Of a stretch of DNA of 64,000 nt, positions 17,831 to 28,233 are shown one piece after another. The stretch covers positions 124,001-188,000 of IMG/VR virus record IMGVR_UViG_3300014494_000005; one strand, 5' to 3'. A program made the position numbers and the translations under genes. Numbering within the stretch: the first letter of the stretch is position 1; the number at the start of each line of letters is the position of its first letter. The notes below the pieces were generated by a model. It was not told the DNA's origin and ran no database searches. It was given only the letters and a program-made list of their open reading frames with translations.

Positions 17831-19051
17831 TTAAAAAGGAAGGTCGTCATAATCTGGACTACCTGATTGATTTTCTTCTGCAGTAATGACATTTTCTGCG
17901 GTTTCTGCAAGTATTTCCTTACCTAAATCAGTAGCATCATCTTCAAATGTACCGACTTTTGATTCAGTAATATTACTTATAGTAACTCTTGGATATTCAT
18001 CATCTAAATCTGAAGCATATTCAAAGTTTTCTTCATTTGCATCAAGATTACGAGTACGAGTATTAGCTGCTTCTTCCAAGTCAGGACGACCCGGAAATAC
18101 CCAATGTTTATTATTTGCATCAGTATCATCCCAATAAGGACTTGTACCGTTAGCCACTGCTTCAAGAAATTCATATGGTGGCATTCCGGGTGCTTGTTTT
18201 GGTTTAAATACATCTCTCCATGTTATATCATCTTCAAGCCATGCTCTCATAATCAATGGGTCATTATTTAATAATGATTTACCTTTTGCTGTGATTGCAG
18301 AAATTGCTTTATAAATATAACCATTGAATTCACTATCAGTCATAGTTAAACTTAAATCAGTACCATTATTCTGGTCGGAAAAATCTGCTTGATGATTTGA
18401 CATATAATCTTCCAGAATTGGAAGAAGTTTGTCAAGAGTACCCTGATTTTTGTAGTTGTGTTTAAATCTCCAAAATTTAACACCATCTTTTTCAGCACCT
18501 TTATCAATTCCACGAACAATATAAAATTTCTTGGCTTCCCATTTAATGGCTTCCTTATAAATTTCATCATTCTTAGCTTTGATTGCTTTTTGTGCATCAT
18601 TCATATTTTCCTTTTTAATTCCTTTTAAGGATTGGTCTTGTTTTGCAAGCCATTTTTTATGTCTTACACAAAGAGGACATGGCGCAGGTACAAGAATAGG
18701 ATTACCAGTTGCTTGGTCGATTAATGGCTTATTATCTGCTCCCAATTTAGGAACTTTAGGGTCATTATGAGCAGGACAGTAAATTACCGTTCCATGTTTC
18801 TTTTTTCCACCAGCAGCATTAGTAGTAACAACATGAAAAAATGCTTCTTCAATATGTTTTTTATTGGGTTTTGGGGGAAGAATTCTGAAGATTTCTTTTG
18901 CTTTACGTGGTACAAAGTACTTTGCTAAAAGGTCTTCACGTGATTTTCTTTTGTTTGTTTGAGATTGTTTTTTCTGATAATCAGAAAACATTTTTTTTAA
19001 ATCTGACAAATTACCACCTTGGGCATTTGTCGTTGAATTTTGATTTTCCAT
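17831..19051 (-). CDS. gp32-like single-stranded DNA-binding protein
   Basis: FRILPP, H..CPAH..CPLC zinc ligands, KFWRF, acidic tail ending DDLPF; next to recA. Confidence 0.8.
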   Translation of the reverse strand: MENQNSTTNAQGGNLSDLKKMFSDYQKKQSQTNKRKSREDLLAKYFVPRKAKEIFRILPPKPNKKHIEEAFFHVVTTNAAGGKKKHGTVIYCPAHNDPKVPKLGADNKPLIDQATGNPILVPAPCPLCVRHKKWLAKQDQSLKGIKKENMNDAQKAIKAKNDEIYKEAIKWEAKKFYIVRGIDKGAEKDGVKFWRFKHNYKNQGTLDKLLPILEDYMSNHQADFSDQNNGTDLSLTMTDSEFNGYIYKAISAITAKGKSLLNNDPLIMRAWLEDDITWRDVFKPKQAPGMPPYEFLEAVANGTSPYWDDTDANNKHWVFPGRPDLEEAANTRTRNLDANEENFEYASDLDDEYPRVTISNITESKVGTFEDDATDLGKEILAETAENVITAEENQSGSPDYDDLPF

Positions 19052-19162
19052 TTCAATTTTAAATTACAGTAAAGTTATTTTTTCAATTATAAAAATTGCA
19101 ATACAAATATATTTCACATTTTACATAAATACAAGGATTTTTAAAAATAAACCTTTTATATT

Positions 19163-20578
19163 TTATACATTAGTTAAATTATTAGAAACTATTGTAAAAG
19201 AAAGTGTTTGTTTATTTTCATAATAATTACCATTTTTTAATCTTATTTGTAAATGATAATCTTGAGGTATTAACCATGATGTATCAAGATTAAATTCATA
19301 ACCAGTATTTGTTCTATTTACCGATGTAAATGGTATTACATCAATTTCATATTTATTAGCTATTGTAGTAAATAATCTATATTCAATATCTAAAGGTAAG
19401 AAATTATTTTGATTTGGATATAATTCTTTTATTGTTAATTTTATTTTTTTTACTACACCTGAAATAATATTTTCTCTTTCACCAATTCCCCAAAAATAAA
19501 AGAAATAATTATCAAATTGAATTTGATTTGATTGGTCAAATGTATAATATTTATCAGGAGATATTAAATAAAATTCTCCAACATGTTCACTTTGTCTACT
19601 GTTTATTGTAACAGTCCACACATCTTTAAATAATACAGCATCTGGATAATTTTGTGAATCAACAAAATATGTTATTTTATAAATACCTTTACCCACATTA
19701 ACAATTGATGTTCCACTTAATATATCAATTAAATTATCTTCATTATCATATATATTGACTTTATTTACTATAATATCTTGTGAAAATGCACCAATATTTA
19801 TATATAAGTACAAATCATTACTTTTATCTAAATAAAAATAATTTCTATCATCAGTAATGGTATCATCAATAATAGTTTCAACATATGGTTCATACCAAGT
19901 ATTAGTATTTTTTGCATGAAAAGCAACCGCTTCTCTATATGCTGTTTCTTGTGATTCAAGATTATTTGGAAATTTAAGACCAAGACCATATGAAGAACCA
20001 GTAAATGCAGATGTTCCAGTATAACCAGTACCAAATAATCTTTGATTTATATAATTAGTAATATCAATATCAAGACTTTCATTTCCTTTTTCAAATCTTT
20101 CAGTAGCTATTGTTTGAGTTACACCACTAATATATGCACCAGAATTTATCCATAAAGTATTTGTTCTTGCTGAATACCAATTTGATGCTTCAATAATTGG
20201 TACAGCAATTACTGTATCATCATATATAAAATCATAACCACTACCTTCATCCCAATCTTGATTAATATTAAACAAATTTAAATCAAAACTACTTGCTCTA
20301 TTAATTGCTTGTGTATATGATTTTTGTCCAAGATATTGCGAAGCATAACTAATTGTATTAGTCATATGTAATATGTGTTTCACAATTCTATTTGGATTAA
20401 TAAGACCATCAGTAATTCTATTATGTAATTCAGTTAAGTCAATATCAAAAATAAATCGACTAACCTGTTTATTAGATGTACCATATGATACTTCTGTAAC
20501 AGGATTCTGCGAGTTATTGGTCTTATTATTAGTAATAAGAGTTGTGTTCTTTTTAAAATAACTTCTAAATATCGACAT
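19163..20578 (-). CDS. Putative virion structural protein
   Basis: 471 aa beta-rich; WDEGSGYD; GTATTTAT motif upstream. Confidence 0.55.
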   Translation of the reverse strand: MSIFRSYFKKNTTLITNNKTNNSQNPVTEVSYGTSNKQVSRFIFDIDLTELHNRITDGLINPNRIVKHILHMTNTISYASQYLGQKSYTQAINRASSFDLNLFNINQDWDEGSGYDFIYDDTVIAVPIIEASNWYSARTNTLWINSGAYISGVTQTIATERFEKGNESLDIDITNYINQRLFGTGYTGTSAFTGSSYGLGLKFPNNLESQETAYREAVAFHAKNTNTWYEPYVETIIDDTITDDRNYFYLDKSNDLYLYINIGAFSQDIIVNKVNIYDNEDNLIDILSGTSIVNVGKGIYKITYFVDSQNYPDAVLFKDVWTVTINSRQSEHVGEFYLISPDKYYTFDQSNQIQFDNYFFYFWGIGERENIISGVVKKIKLTIKELYPNQNNFLPLDIEYRLFTTIANKYEIDVIPFTSVNRTNTGYEFNLDTSWLIPQDYHLQIRLKNGNYYENKQTLSFTIVSNNLTNV

Positions 20579-20595
20579 CTTTTTAATTTATTATT

Positions 20596-20612
20596 GTATT
20601 TATTATAAATAC
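20596..20612. promoter_or_regulatory. Back-to-back GTATTTAT motifs (palindrome) between divergent genes
   Basis: gtatttat-t-ataaatac between starts at 20578(-) and 20619(+). Confidence 0.6.
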
Positions 20613-20618
20613 TAAAAC

Positions 20619-21722
20619 ATGAAATATAATACAGAAACATTTATTGAAAAAGCTAAAGAAATTCATGGCGATAAATATGACTATTCTTTATCGGAATATA
20701 AAAAAAATCATTTAAATGTATCAATTATTTGTAAAAAGCATGGAGTTTTTAAACAGATACCTGCTAATCATACAAGAAAAACTAATCCACATGGTTGCCC
20801 TAATTGTGCGAGTAATAAAAAATTAACAACCAAAACATTTATTGAAAAAGCTAAAGAAATTCATGGCGATAAATATGACTATTCTTTAGTTAAATATATT
20901 GGCGCACATGATATTATAAAAATTATTTGTCTTAAACATGGAATTTTTGAACAAAAAGCATTTGCCCATTTGCAAAATTATGGGTGTCAAATTTGTGGAA
21001 ATAATAAAAAATTAACAAAAGAAATATTCATTAAAAAAGCTAAAGAAATTCATGGCGATAAATATGACTATTCTTTATCGGAATATAAAAATAGTCACAC
21101 TAAAATAAAAATAATATGTCCCAAACATGGAATTTTTGAACAAAAGCCAAATAATCATTTATCAAAACAAGATTGTTATAAATGTGGAGAAATTATTAGA
21201 AGCAATAATAAAATTTTAAAAGCTAAAAATAGTTTTATTGAAAAAGCTAAGAAAACGCATGGTGATAAATATGACTATTCTTTAGTTAAATATATAAACT
21301 GTAGGTCTAAAATAAAAATTATTTGTCTTAAACATGGAATTTTTAAACAATCACCGCATTCACATATAAATAATCATGGATGTCCTGATTGTTATATTTC
21401 AAAGGGTGAATTTAAAATTAAAGAAATTTTAAATAATAAAAATATTAATTTTATATTTCAAAAATCATTTGATAATTGTAAAAATGAAAATAATAAAAAA
21501 TTAAAATTTGATTTTTATTTACCAAAACAAAATATTTTAATTGAATATGATGGAAAACAACATTATGAACCTATTGAATATTTTGGTGGCTTGAGTTCTT
21601 TTAAAATTACAAATGAATATGATAATATTAAAAATAATTATGCTAAAAATAATAATATTAAATTAATAAGAATACCATATTATAAATATAAAATTATTAA
21701 TAAAATATTAAATTTTTTATGA
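20619..21722 (+). CDS. Putative homing endonuclease (4 zinc-ribbon repeats + Vsr-like nuclease)
   Basis: Four FIEKAKEIHGDKYDYS repeats, near-identical at DNA level; FDFYLP..ILIEYDGKQH; paralog of 4507..5235. Confidence 0.8.
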   Translation: MKYNTETFIEKAKEIHGDKYDYSLSEYKKNHLNVSIICKKHGVFKQIPANHTRKTNPHGCPNCASNKKLTTKTFIEKAKEIHGDKYDYSLVKYIGAHDIIKIICLKHGIFEQKAFAHLQNYGCQICGNNKKLTKEIFIKKAKEIHGDKYDYSLSEYKNSHTKIKIICPKHGIFEQKPNNHLSKQDCYKCGEIIRSNNKILKAKNSFIEKAKKTHGDKYDYSLVKYINCRSKIKIICLKHGIFKQSPHSHINNHGCPDCYISKGEFKIKEILNNKNINFIFQKSFDNCKNENNKKLKFDFYLPKQNILIEYDGKQHYEPIEYFGGLSSFKITNEYDNIKNNYAKNNNIKLIRIPYYKYKIINKILNFL

Positions 21723-21726
21723 AAAC

Positions 21727-21756
21727 AATAAAGACTACTATTAAGTAGTCTTTATT
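21727..21756. terminator. Bidirectional terminator
   Basis: aataaagactact/agtagtctttatt between convergent genes. Confidence 0.75.
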
Positions 21757-21759
21757 TTT

Positions 21760-21981
21760 TTATTCAAAAACAATTATTTCTTGTTTCCTGTGCTGCTTTT
21801 TATGTTTTGAAACATCCTTATGAATTTTATTTACGGTTTTAGAATAATTTTTACGTGCTGTATATTGTGATGTATTTTTTTTTGAATGACATCCAATTAA
21901 TAAAAATACAAATAATATAATTAATATAATATTAAGTATTTTTATATTTATTCCAAAGTTCAAAAAATTCTTCTTTTTCAT
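21760..21981 (-). CDS. Small predicted lipoprotein
   Basis: Hydrophobic stretch ending LLIG-C then basic tail; start uncertain (overlaps upstream gene). Confidence 0.4.
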   Translation of the reverse strand: MKKKNFLNFGINIKILNIILIILFVFLLIGCHSKKNTSQYTARKNYSKTVNKIHKDVSKHKKQHRKQEIIVFE

Positions 21982-24313
21982 TATCTTTTAAAGAATTAAA
22001 ATCTTTTTTTTGATATTCTTGATATTTTTTCAAACTATCGGCATTTTCTGCTTCAACATTTGAATTTGAACCGACCACTGATTTTGCACTACTTGCACCA
22101 ATAATATTTTCTTCTACTTTAATACCACGTTTAGCTAATATTTCTCTTGCTTCTTCTTTTGTCATTCCACCCATAACATTAGCCATAGCACCCGGCATTT
22201 TTATTGTCTTTTTTGCAATTTGAATTTGATGCCACGTTGCTGGGTCTTTTTGCTTTAATTCACTTTCACTATCTTCTTTAATTGTAAGGGCTTTAGGAGT
22301 TTCATCATCTCCAATATTATCTCCAACATTTTTTGGTTCATATCCAAGCAAAACATCAGTCATTTCTTTATCATCTGGTTCATTATTAAATTTTTTTGCA
22401 AATTCAACTGGTGAACCCATGTCCATATCTGGATTTGTTAAACCATTTTCTTCATTTCCTTCTTCAGCATCTTTTGCTGCTTCAGCTTGTGCAGAATCTT
22501 GTGGAGTATCTTTAACAGTATAATATTCAGGATTTTCAGTAAGATGGTCTAATACAATTTCAATTGCAACTAATGGGTCATCAGTATGTTCTTTTTCAAC
22601 TTCCAAACCCTTTGTTACTTGGTCTGGGTCAAATTCAAGTAGAGATTTACCATCACCCTTACCACCTTGAATAATTTCACCTTGTTCTTCTTTTTCTTTT
22701 GCAAGTTGTTCAATATTTGGTTCTTCATTATCAAATGACTGATGTGACATTTGTTCATCATCTTCATTTAACTTCGATAAATCATATTGTAAACCAATAT
22801 AACCAATACTTGAATTCCATGACATAATATAACCATCTTTTTCATAAGTTTGGTCACCAGTGCCATGTCCTAATTCTTGACTACCTTGATGTTCTCCGGG
22901 ATAATGCCATTGTTTTAAATATTCTAATGCAGCATCTTTACCTTTTGTACTAAGTATTTCCAAAGGTTGATATGCTTCATCACCTTGTAAAAAAACAATA
23001 TCTTCATATTTATCTTGGTCAGTACTTTCACTAACACCAGTTTTAATTTTTAATTTTTTTATTTTATGTTTTTTTTTCGGTTTTGGATATTTTGTTATTG
23101 TTTTAATTTCTTTTGGAATACCCATTTCTTCTGGATAATCTGTTTCATTTAATTTTGCTAAACTCGCATTATATATTTCCAATGCCACGTTTTTAACCAT
23201 TGCAATATAATCTTCTTTTGATGTTTGAAATTTTTTAGCACCTAATTGCATATCAATATATGTTTCAGCATTATTAATTATTATTTTTTTCTTTTCTGGA
23301 CTTAATTGTTGTTCATAAGTTCTTGAAAGTAAATTTGTTGCATCTAAATTTTCTAAAAATGGTTCAGCCATACTTGGATAAACTCTTTTCTTTCCAGCAG
23401 CCATATGACTTTCAGGGTCTGGTTTTTCTAAAGCAGGTGGATTTATTTTATCAATTTCTGCCAATATTTGATTTACTGTTGGTGCAGAAACACCTTTTGC
23501 AATCAAATTATCATATGCTTGCATAATTATTTTTTCCTTTTCTGGAGAAATTGGTTCATCGGGTTCTGATGGTTTAATATTATCTGGATTAACAATATCT
23601 GGTTCATCATCAGTAGAAATATCTGTATCACTATAATCTGGTGGCAAATCCAAAACATCTCCTTCAGGTTGTTCTTCTTCAGGATTATATTCCTGTATTT
23701 CACTTACATATTTTTCCAATTCAGGTGAATTAACTCTTACTTCAGGATTTGTTGGTTTTTCATCTGCATATGCTTTAAGTATTTGCATTCCTTCTCTATT
23801 TTTAGCACCAAATGGATAAGAATCAATTTTTTTTATAGCTTCTTCATAAAGTTCATCAACTTCAGGTTGTTCAGATTCAACATCAACAAATTCACTAACA
23901 ATATCAACTAATTCTTGACCATGTTGAGCATTAAATTGTTTCAATGCATTTACATCCATTTCAATAGTTTGACCACCACCTTTTGTATTAAATGTGAAAC
24001 CATCTAATTGTGCTGAATCAACATTAAATACCCCATCTTGTTCACTTTGACTTGAAGTAACTTTGAATTTGAAATTTACATTATTACCACCTTTATCAGT
24101 GCCAATTATTTCAACAAAACTTTCATCACCACTAACTTGATTATTTGTATGTTGAATATTTAATTGATTGTTTTTTAATTCTTGAAATGCATTTTCAAGA
24201 ACTGAATTTGAATTATTGTTTTGTACAATTTCTTCATTCAATTGTATTTTATTAACCCTTTGGTACATTTCAAGAAATCTTTCTTTACTACCAACTTGCG
24301 TAAGTATTTTCAT
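21932..24313 (-). CDS. Large acidic protein, probable internal head protein with DUF5661-like segment
   Basis: GLEVEKEHTDDP..AIEIVLDHL.E.PEYY motif; several LNE/xSE sites. Confidence 0.55.
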   Translation of the reverse strand: MKILTQVGSKERFLEMYQRVNKIQLNEEIVQNNNSNSVLENAFQELKNNQLNIQHTNNQVSGDESFVEIIGTDKGGNNVNFKFKVTSSQSEQDGVFNVDSAQLDGFTFNTKGGGQTIEMDVNALKQFNAQHGQELVDIVSEFVDVESEQPEVDELYEEAIKKIDSYPFGAKNREGMQILKAYADEKPTNPEVRVNSPELEKYVSEIQEYNPEEEQPEGDVLDLPPDYSDTDISTDDEPDIVNPDNIKPSEPDEPISPEKEKIIMQAYDNLIAKGVSAPTVNQILAEIDKINPPALEKPDPESHMAAGKKRVYPSMAEPFLENLDATNLLSRTYEQQLSPEKKKIIINNAETYIDMQLGAKKFQTSKEDYIAMVKNVALEIYNASLAKLNETDYPEEMGIPKEIKTITKYPKPKKKHKIKKLKIKTGVSESTDQDKYEDIVFLQGDEAYQPLEILSTKGKDAALEYLKQWHYPGEHQGSQELGHGTGDQTYEKDGYIMSWNSSIGYIGLQYDLSKLNEDDEQMSHQSFDNEEPNIEQLAKEKEEQGEIIQGGKGDGKSLLEFDPDQVTKGLEVEKEHTDDPLVAIEIVLDHLTENPEYYTVKDTPQDSAQAEAAKDAEEGNEENGLTNPDMDMGSPVEFAKKFNNEPDDKEMTDVLLGYEPKNVGDNIGDDETPKALTIKEDSESELKQKDPATWHQIQIAKKTIKMPGAMANVMGGMTKEEAREILAKRGIKVEENIIGASSAKSVVGSNSNVEAENADSLKKYQEYQKKDFNSLKDNEKEEFFELWNKYKNT

Positions 24314-24324
24314 ATTAAATATTT

Positions 24325-24777
24325 TTATTCAAAAATTATTGAATTCATTTTACCGAATTCTCTCATTAATGCACCTGCAAGTGCATTCGCTTCATTTTCT
24401 TCAGGACTACCAGTATCATTTGAACTTGAAGTTAATCTTCCATCTAAATATTGTCTATAATGTATTAACTCATGCACTAATGTTCTCAAAATATCTGCTA
24501 AATTTCTATTAGCAATAACAATTCTAATTTTTTTTATCTCTGGTGTATTCTTTCCAAAAGAATGCATTTCTTGTGCTTCTTTTTCATCATTAGATAACAC
24601 AATTTCTGGTAAATCTTTATCTAATTTTAATTTTTTATCAACAAATTTAATAAAGTCATTAATTATTGCTATTCTTTTTTCTTTAGGAAGCAATGCTTCA
24701 TTCAATCCCATTCGACCAACTTTTTGCATCATTTCAAAAAGTCTATCCTTTGAGCCATATTGATGAAAAATTCTCAT
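24325..24777 (-). CDS. Zincin-like (HExxH) metallopeptidase
   Basis: LRTLVHELIHYRQ...ENEANALAG. Confidence 0.7.
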   Translation of the reverse strand: MRIFHQYGSKDRLFEMMQKVGRMGLNEALLPKEKRIAIINDFIKFVDKKLKLDKDLPEIVLSNDEKEAQEMHSFGKNTPEIKKIRIVIANRNLADILRTLVHELIHYRQYLDGRLTSSSNDTGSPEENEANALAGALMREFGKMNSIIFE

Positions 24778-24779
24778 TA

Positions 24780-25502
24780 TTAAATCATGTCATTAAAACT
24801 ATTTTGCACATCTGTTTTAGACTTTTGTGGCAAATCATCAAAATCTGCAACAAATGTACCATCAGGTAATTCTTTTATACCCTTTTCCATTTCCTGATTA
24901 CGTTTTTCATTAAACCAATTTCCCGACCAAAAATCATTTAAATTAAAATAATATGGATAACTTACATTGGTTTTGTTCATTAACTTTTCAGAATTAGTTG
25001 GTTCTCGAACTTCCTGAACATCTGCATTAAGTGCTTCTAATTTAGTATTTATACCTTGAACAACATTATTCAAACCTTCTAATTGGTCATGAATACTTTT
25101 CATGGCTTCAATATTGTGTTTTATAATTTCATTTTGAACGTCATTAACCTGATTATCAGGTTCAGGAGCACCCATTGGATTCGCCATAAGGTCTGAGGGT
25201 TCACCAGTCATAGGTTCTGCTGGAATTTCACCACTATCACCACCTGTTTTATCAAAAGCAGGTATTGGTGCATCAGTACCAATAGGTTGGTCATTTGAAG
25301 GTGCTGGAGGTTGTTCTCCACCACCCGGTTTTTCTGCATCTTCTTGTTCACCAGCTTCATTTGTTAATATAGGAACTTTATCAAATTCCTCATTACTACT
25401 AACTAATGGACGATATTTAGGGGATTCGTTGATTTTATAATCAACACGATAGTTAATCTTTCTTATTTCTTCTGAAAGATTAATTAAATTTTCATTTTTC
25501 AT
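24780..25502 (-). CDS. Hypothetical acidic/proline-rich protein with coiled coil
   Basis: 240 aa; SYPY motif. Confidence 0.65.
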   Translation of the reverse strand: MKNENLINLSEEIRKINYRVDYKINESPKYRPLVSSNEEFDKVPILTNEAGEQEDAEKPGGGEQPPAPSNDQPIGTDAPIPAFDKTGGDSGEIPAEPMTGEPSDLMANPMGAPEPDNQVNDVQNEIIKHNIEAMKSIHDQLEGLNNVVQGINTKLEALNADVQEVREPTNSEKLMNKTNVSYPYYFNLNDFWSGNWFNEKRNQEMEKGIKELPDGTFVADFDDLPQKSKTDVQNSFNDMI

Positions 25503-25516
25503 TTTAATGAATATTT

Positions 25517-25711
25517 TTAATATACTTCTCTAAGTAATTGTCTTCCATCCGATGTAACGAACTGTTTATCAATACGTTCAATAATAAGACCGTCTCTTTC
25601 ATCGAGAACAACTTTTTTAATCTTATCAAGTTTTGCTTTTTCTTCTAATTCTTCATCAGTTTTAAGAGTTTCAACAAAATCTTCAAGTGCTTTTTCTACT
25701 TTATTTTCCAT
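25517..25711 (-). CDS. Hypothetical protein
   Basis: 64 aa; GTATTTAT at 25730-37 upstream. Confidence 0.65.
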   Translation of the reverse strand: MENKVEKALEDFVETLKTDEELEEKAKLDKIKKVVLDERDGLIIERIDKQFVTSDGRQLLREVY

Positions 25712-25747
25712 AGTACTTATTTTTTAATAATAAATACTATCTTATAA

Positions 25748-25813
25748 TCATTTTGACAATATCACAACAAGATATCTTTTAAGAAGAGTAAAATTTGGGA
25801 ATATTTTATAATT
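25748..25813 (-). pseudogene. Orphaned duplicate of the 3' end of gene 26661..27311
   Basis: Reads NYKIFPNFTLLKRYLVVILSK* versus YYKIFPNFELLKRYIVIII*. Confidence 0.8.
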
Positions 25814-25836
25814 CAAATTCACATTTCTTGATTTTA

Positions 25837-26604
25837 TTAAAAAGAACTACCACCAATACCGCCAGTTTTATTTCTATTTAATGGTATCCAACCCTCTAAT
25901 ATATATTTTTTAAGAAAATCTCCCTCTAATTTAATTGCCTCATTAACTGAAATATAATTCGTCAATTGTTTTCTAATTGGTATTATTCCGGTTTTTCTTA
26001 TATGTATTGTAACACTATCTTTTTCATCAGAATTTCTATTATATTCTCTTTTAATTAAATTATATGTTAACCCAACATAAACATGATTATCAGAAAATTC
26101 ATATGAATATATACATCTTTTATATTTACTTCCAATTGGAATCATATGTTGACAAATTTCGTCAAGCCATTTGTTTTTTAACGAAATATAATATACGTGA
26201 GGCGACTTTTTTATAAATTCTGTTTTTGTGTTATATTGTAATGCTCTTTGTTTACAATTTTTTATATTATTCCAATATCCATTCGGTAATTTTTTAAATT
26301 GCATGTGCTGACAAATTTCATCAAGCCATCTATGATTTTTTGCTGCCTCATATGCCTTCTTATCATTTTTTTGAAATTCTATTCGAGAATTATATTTCTT
26401 TGCATTTTTTTTACATTTATTTATACTCCATTTAATAGCAGAATAATATGGTTTTTTCATATGACTACATCCAATATTCAATAAATTATTTTTTCTCAAT
26501 ATCTCATATGCTCTTGAAGATTTTTTATAAAAATCGTTTCTATTATTATATTTTTTTACTTCCAATAATGAAGAATCAACATCCCACTTTTTATATTTTT
26601 TCAT
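25837..26604 (-). CDS. GIY-YIG-like homing endonuclease
   Basis: CIYSYEFSDNHVYVGLT; WLDEICQHM repeats; LNRNKTGGIG. Confidence 0.75.
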   Translation of the reverse strand: MKKYKKWDVDSSLLEVKKYNNRNDFYKKSSRAYEILRKNNLLNIGCSHMKKPYYSAIKWSINKCKKNAKKYNSRIEFQKNDKKAYEAAKNHRWLDEICQHMQFKKLPNGYWNNIKNCKQRALQYNTKTEFIKKSPHVYYISLKNKWLDEICQHMIPIGSKYKRCIYSYEFSDNHVYVGLTYNLIKREYNRNSDEKDSVTIHIRKTGIIPIRKQLTNYISVNEAIKLEGDFLKKYILEGWIPLNRNKTGGIGGSSF

Positions 26605-26660
26605 AAAAAAACCGTTAGTTTAAATAAATACTAACGGTTTATAAATTTTTTAATTTATTT

Positions 26661-27311
26661 TTATATTATTATTACAATATACCTTTTTAATAATTCAAAG
26701 TTTGGAAAAATTTTATAATATTTTTCGTATATCGAACCATCTATATCACATATACAACTATAATTCTCTGAATTACCGTTAAATGTTAGTTTTTCAATTT
26801 CTATTATTAATTTATCAACATCAAATTTAAAAAATCGATACATATCAAAATTAAGACCATATATTTTTTTATCGCATAAAATATATAACATACTATTTTT
26901 TAAAAAATAATATTTGTCAATACTTTTAGGAATAACATCAATTATGTCTTGAACATCTTTTAATTGAAAGAAAACGGGGTCTAAATTAACATAAGAATAT
27001 TTTGGTGTAAAATAAAATTGTGGTGCAAAATTTACAAAAGAATCAACTCCTTTAACATGTGATGCTTTACCTTCCTCAAAATTACATTCCCAATATAATT
27101 CATTGGTTATGATTCTTTTCTTAAGAATATCTGCATTTTGAATTATTAAATTATCGGGATTACAGGCTTTCATAAATGACCAACCCACATATAATGTTGG
27201 CATGGTTTTGTCTAATGTATCATATATAATAGATTCATTATAATAATTTACATATTCAACCCTTGTATGATTTACTAATTCTTTTTCAAAAATAACATTA
27301 GCAATTTTCAT
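26661..27311 (-). CDS. Hypothetical protein
   Basis: 216 aa; PTLYVGW. Confidence 0.7.
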   Translation of the reverse strand: MKIANVIFEKELVNHTRVEYVNYYNESIIYDTLDKTMPTLYVGWSFMKACNPDNLIIQNADILKKRIITNELYWECNFEEGKASHVKGVDSFVNFAPQFYFTPKYSYVNLDPVFFQLKDVQDIIDVIPKSIDKYYFLKNSMLYILCDKKIYGLNFDMYRFFKFDVDKLIIEIEKLTFNGNSENYSCICDIDGSIYEKYYKIFPNFELLKRYIVIII

Positions 27312-27349
27312 ATTCTATTTTTTTAATAATAAATACTTTAATAAAATAT

Positions 27350-27637
27350 TCATAATTCTTCAATTCTTTTACTTTTATCATCAATTAATAAATCATAAGC
27401 GGGTTTTGAATTCATAATGACATCATGAAATTTGCAACCCCAAACAGTTAATTGTTGACCAGTTAGTTCTGACCAATCAATACCTGTGTTTTTACCTCTG
27501 GAAGTCCAGTAGACAATAATATTACCTTCATCATAAAGTTTATTAATTTTATCTATATTCTCTTTAATTGGTTTGGCATTCATATAACCGCCTTTGGTAT
27601 CACATATTGTGCCATCAACATCTACATAAATTAACAT
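27350..27637 (-). CDS. HAD-superfamily phosphatase (capsule-biosynthesis phosphatase-like)
   Basis: VDVDGTIC, WTSRG, KPAYDLLIDDK. Confidence 0.85.
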   Translation of the reverse strand: MLIYVDVDGTICDTKGGYMNAKPIKENIDKINKLYDEGNIIVYWTSRGKNTGIDWSELTGQQLTVWGCKFHDVIMNSKPAYDLLIDDKSKRIEEL

Positions 27638-27639
27638 AC

Positions 27640-28233
27640 TTAATTATATTTACTATCTAATTTAATTATTAATCTTTTTTTATTTGACCTAACATCTGGC
27701 ATGTAAAAATAACTAATAATTCTATTTTTCAATACATCTAATATATTTTTTTCATTTATTCCTGTCCATGATACTTGAGAATCAACAAATTCAAACAAAT
27801 CAGCATCATCAATAATTATTAAACCATCATTAATATATTTTTCCTCAATAATTATTAATTCTTCTATTAATGGAACATCTTTATCCCCCTTACCAGTAGT
27901 ACCTGCCGAATAATGCCCATCTAAAAAAAATATAATTCGTTTATCATTAAATCTATTAATTAATTTAGGCATTTCTACAACTGAATCACCCCAAATTATT
28001 TCAATTTTATTTTCATTAATAAATCTTTCCTTTGATACTTTATAAAGATTTTCAACAATTTCTATTGAAACTAATTGTTGAAATTCCGATTTAATATTAT
28101 TAATGGTATCGCCTATTAATGTACCTGTTTCAAGAAATAAATCAAAATCATTTTTAGATTTATTTATCATTAGAAATATTTCATTTAATTCATGTAATTG
28201 CATCTCAATTATTATATTTTTGATTTTTATCAA
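27640..28233 (-). CDS. SAM-dependent methyltransferase-like protein
   Basis: FLETGT..GDT, SIEI, GDS, FFLDGHYS, IIIDD. Confidence 0.7.
   Translation of the reverse strand: MIKIKNIIIEMQLHELNEIFLMINKSKNDFDLFLETGTLIGDTINNIKSEFQQLVSIEIVENLYKVSKERFINENKIEIIWGDSVVEMPKLINRFNDKRIIFFLDGHYSAGTTGKGDKDVPLIEELIIIEEKYINDGLIIIDDADLFEFVDSQVSWTGINEKNILDVLKNRIISYFYMPDVRSNKKRLIIKLDSKYN

Noticed and set aside
20630-21380. DNA repeats as DGR template/variable repeats or a regulatory array
   Set aside because: In-frame protein domain repeats; no reverse transcriptase in the window
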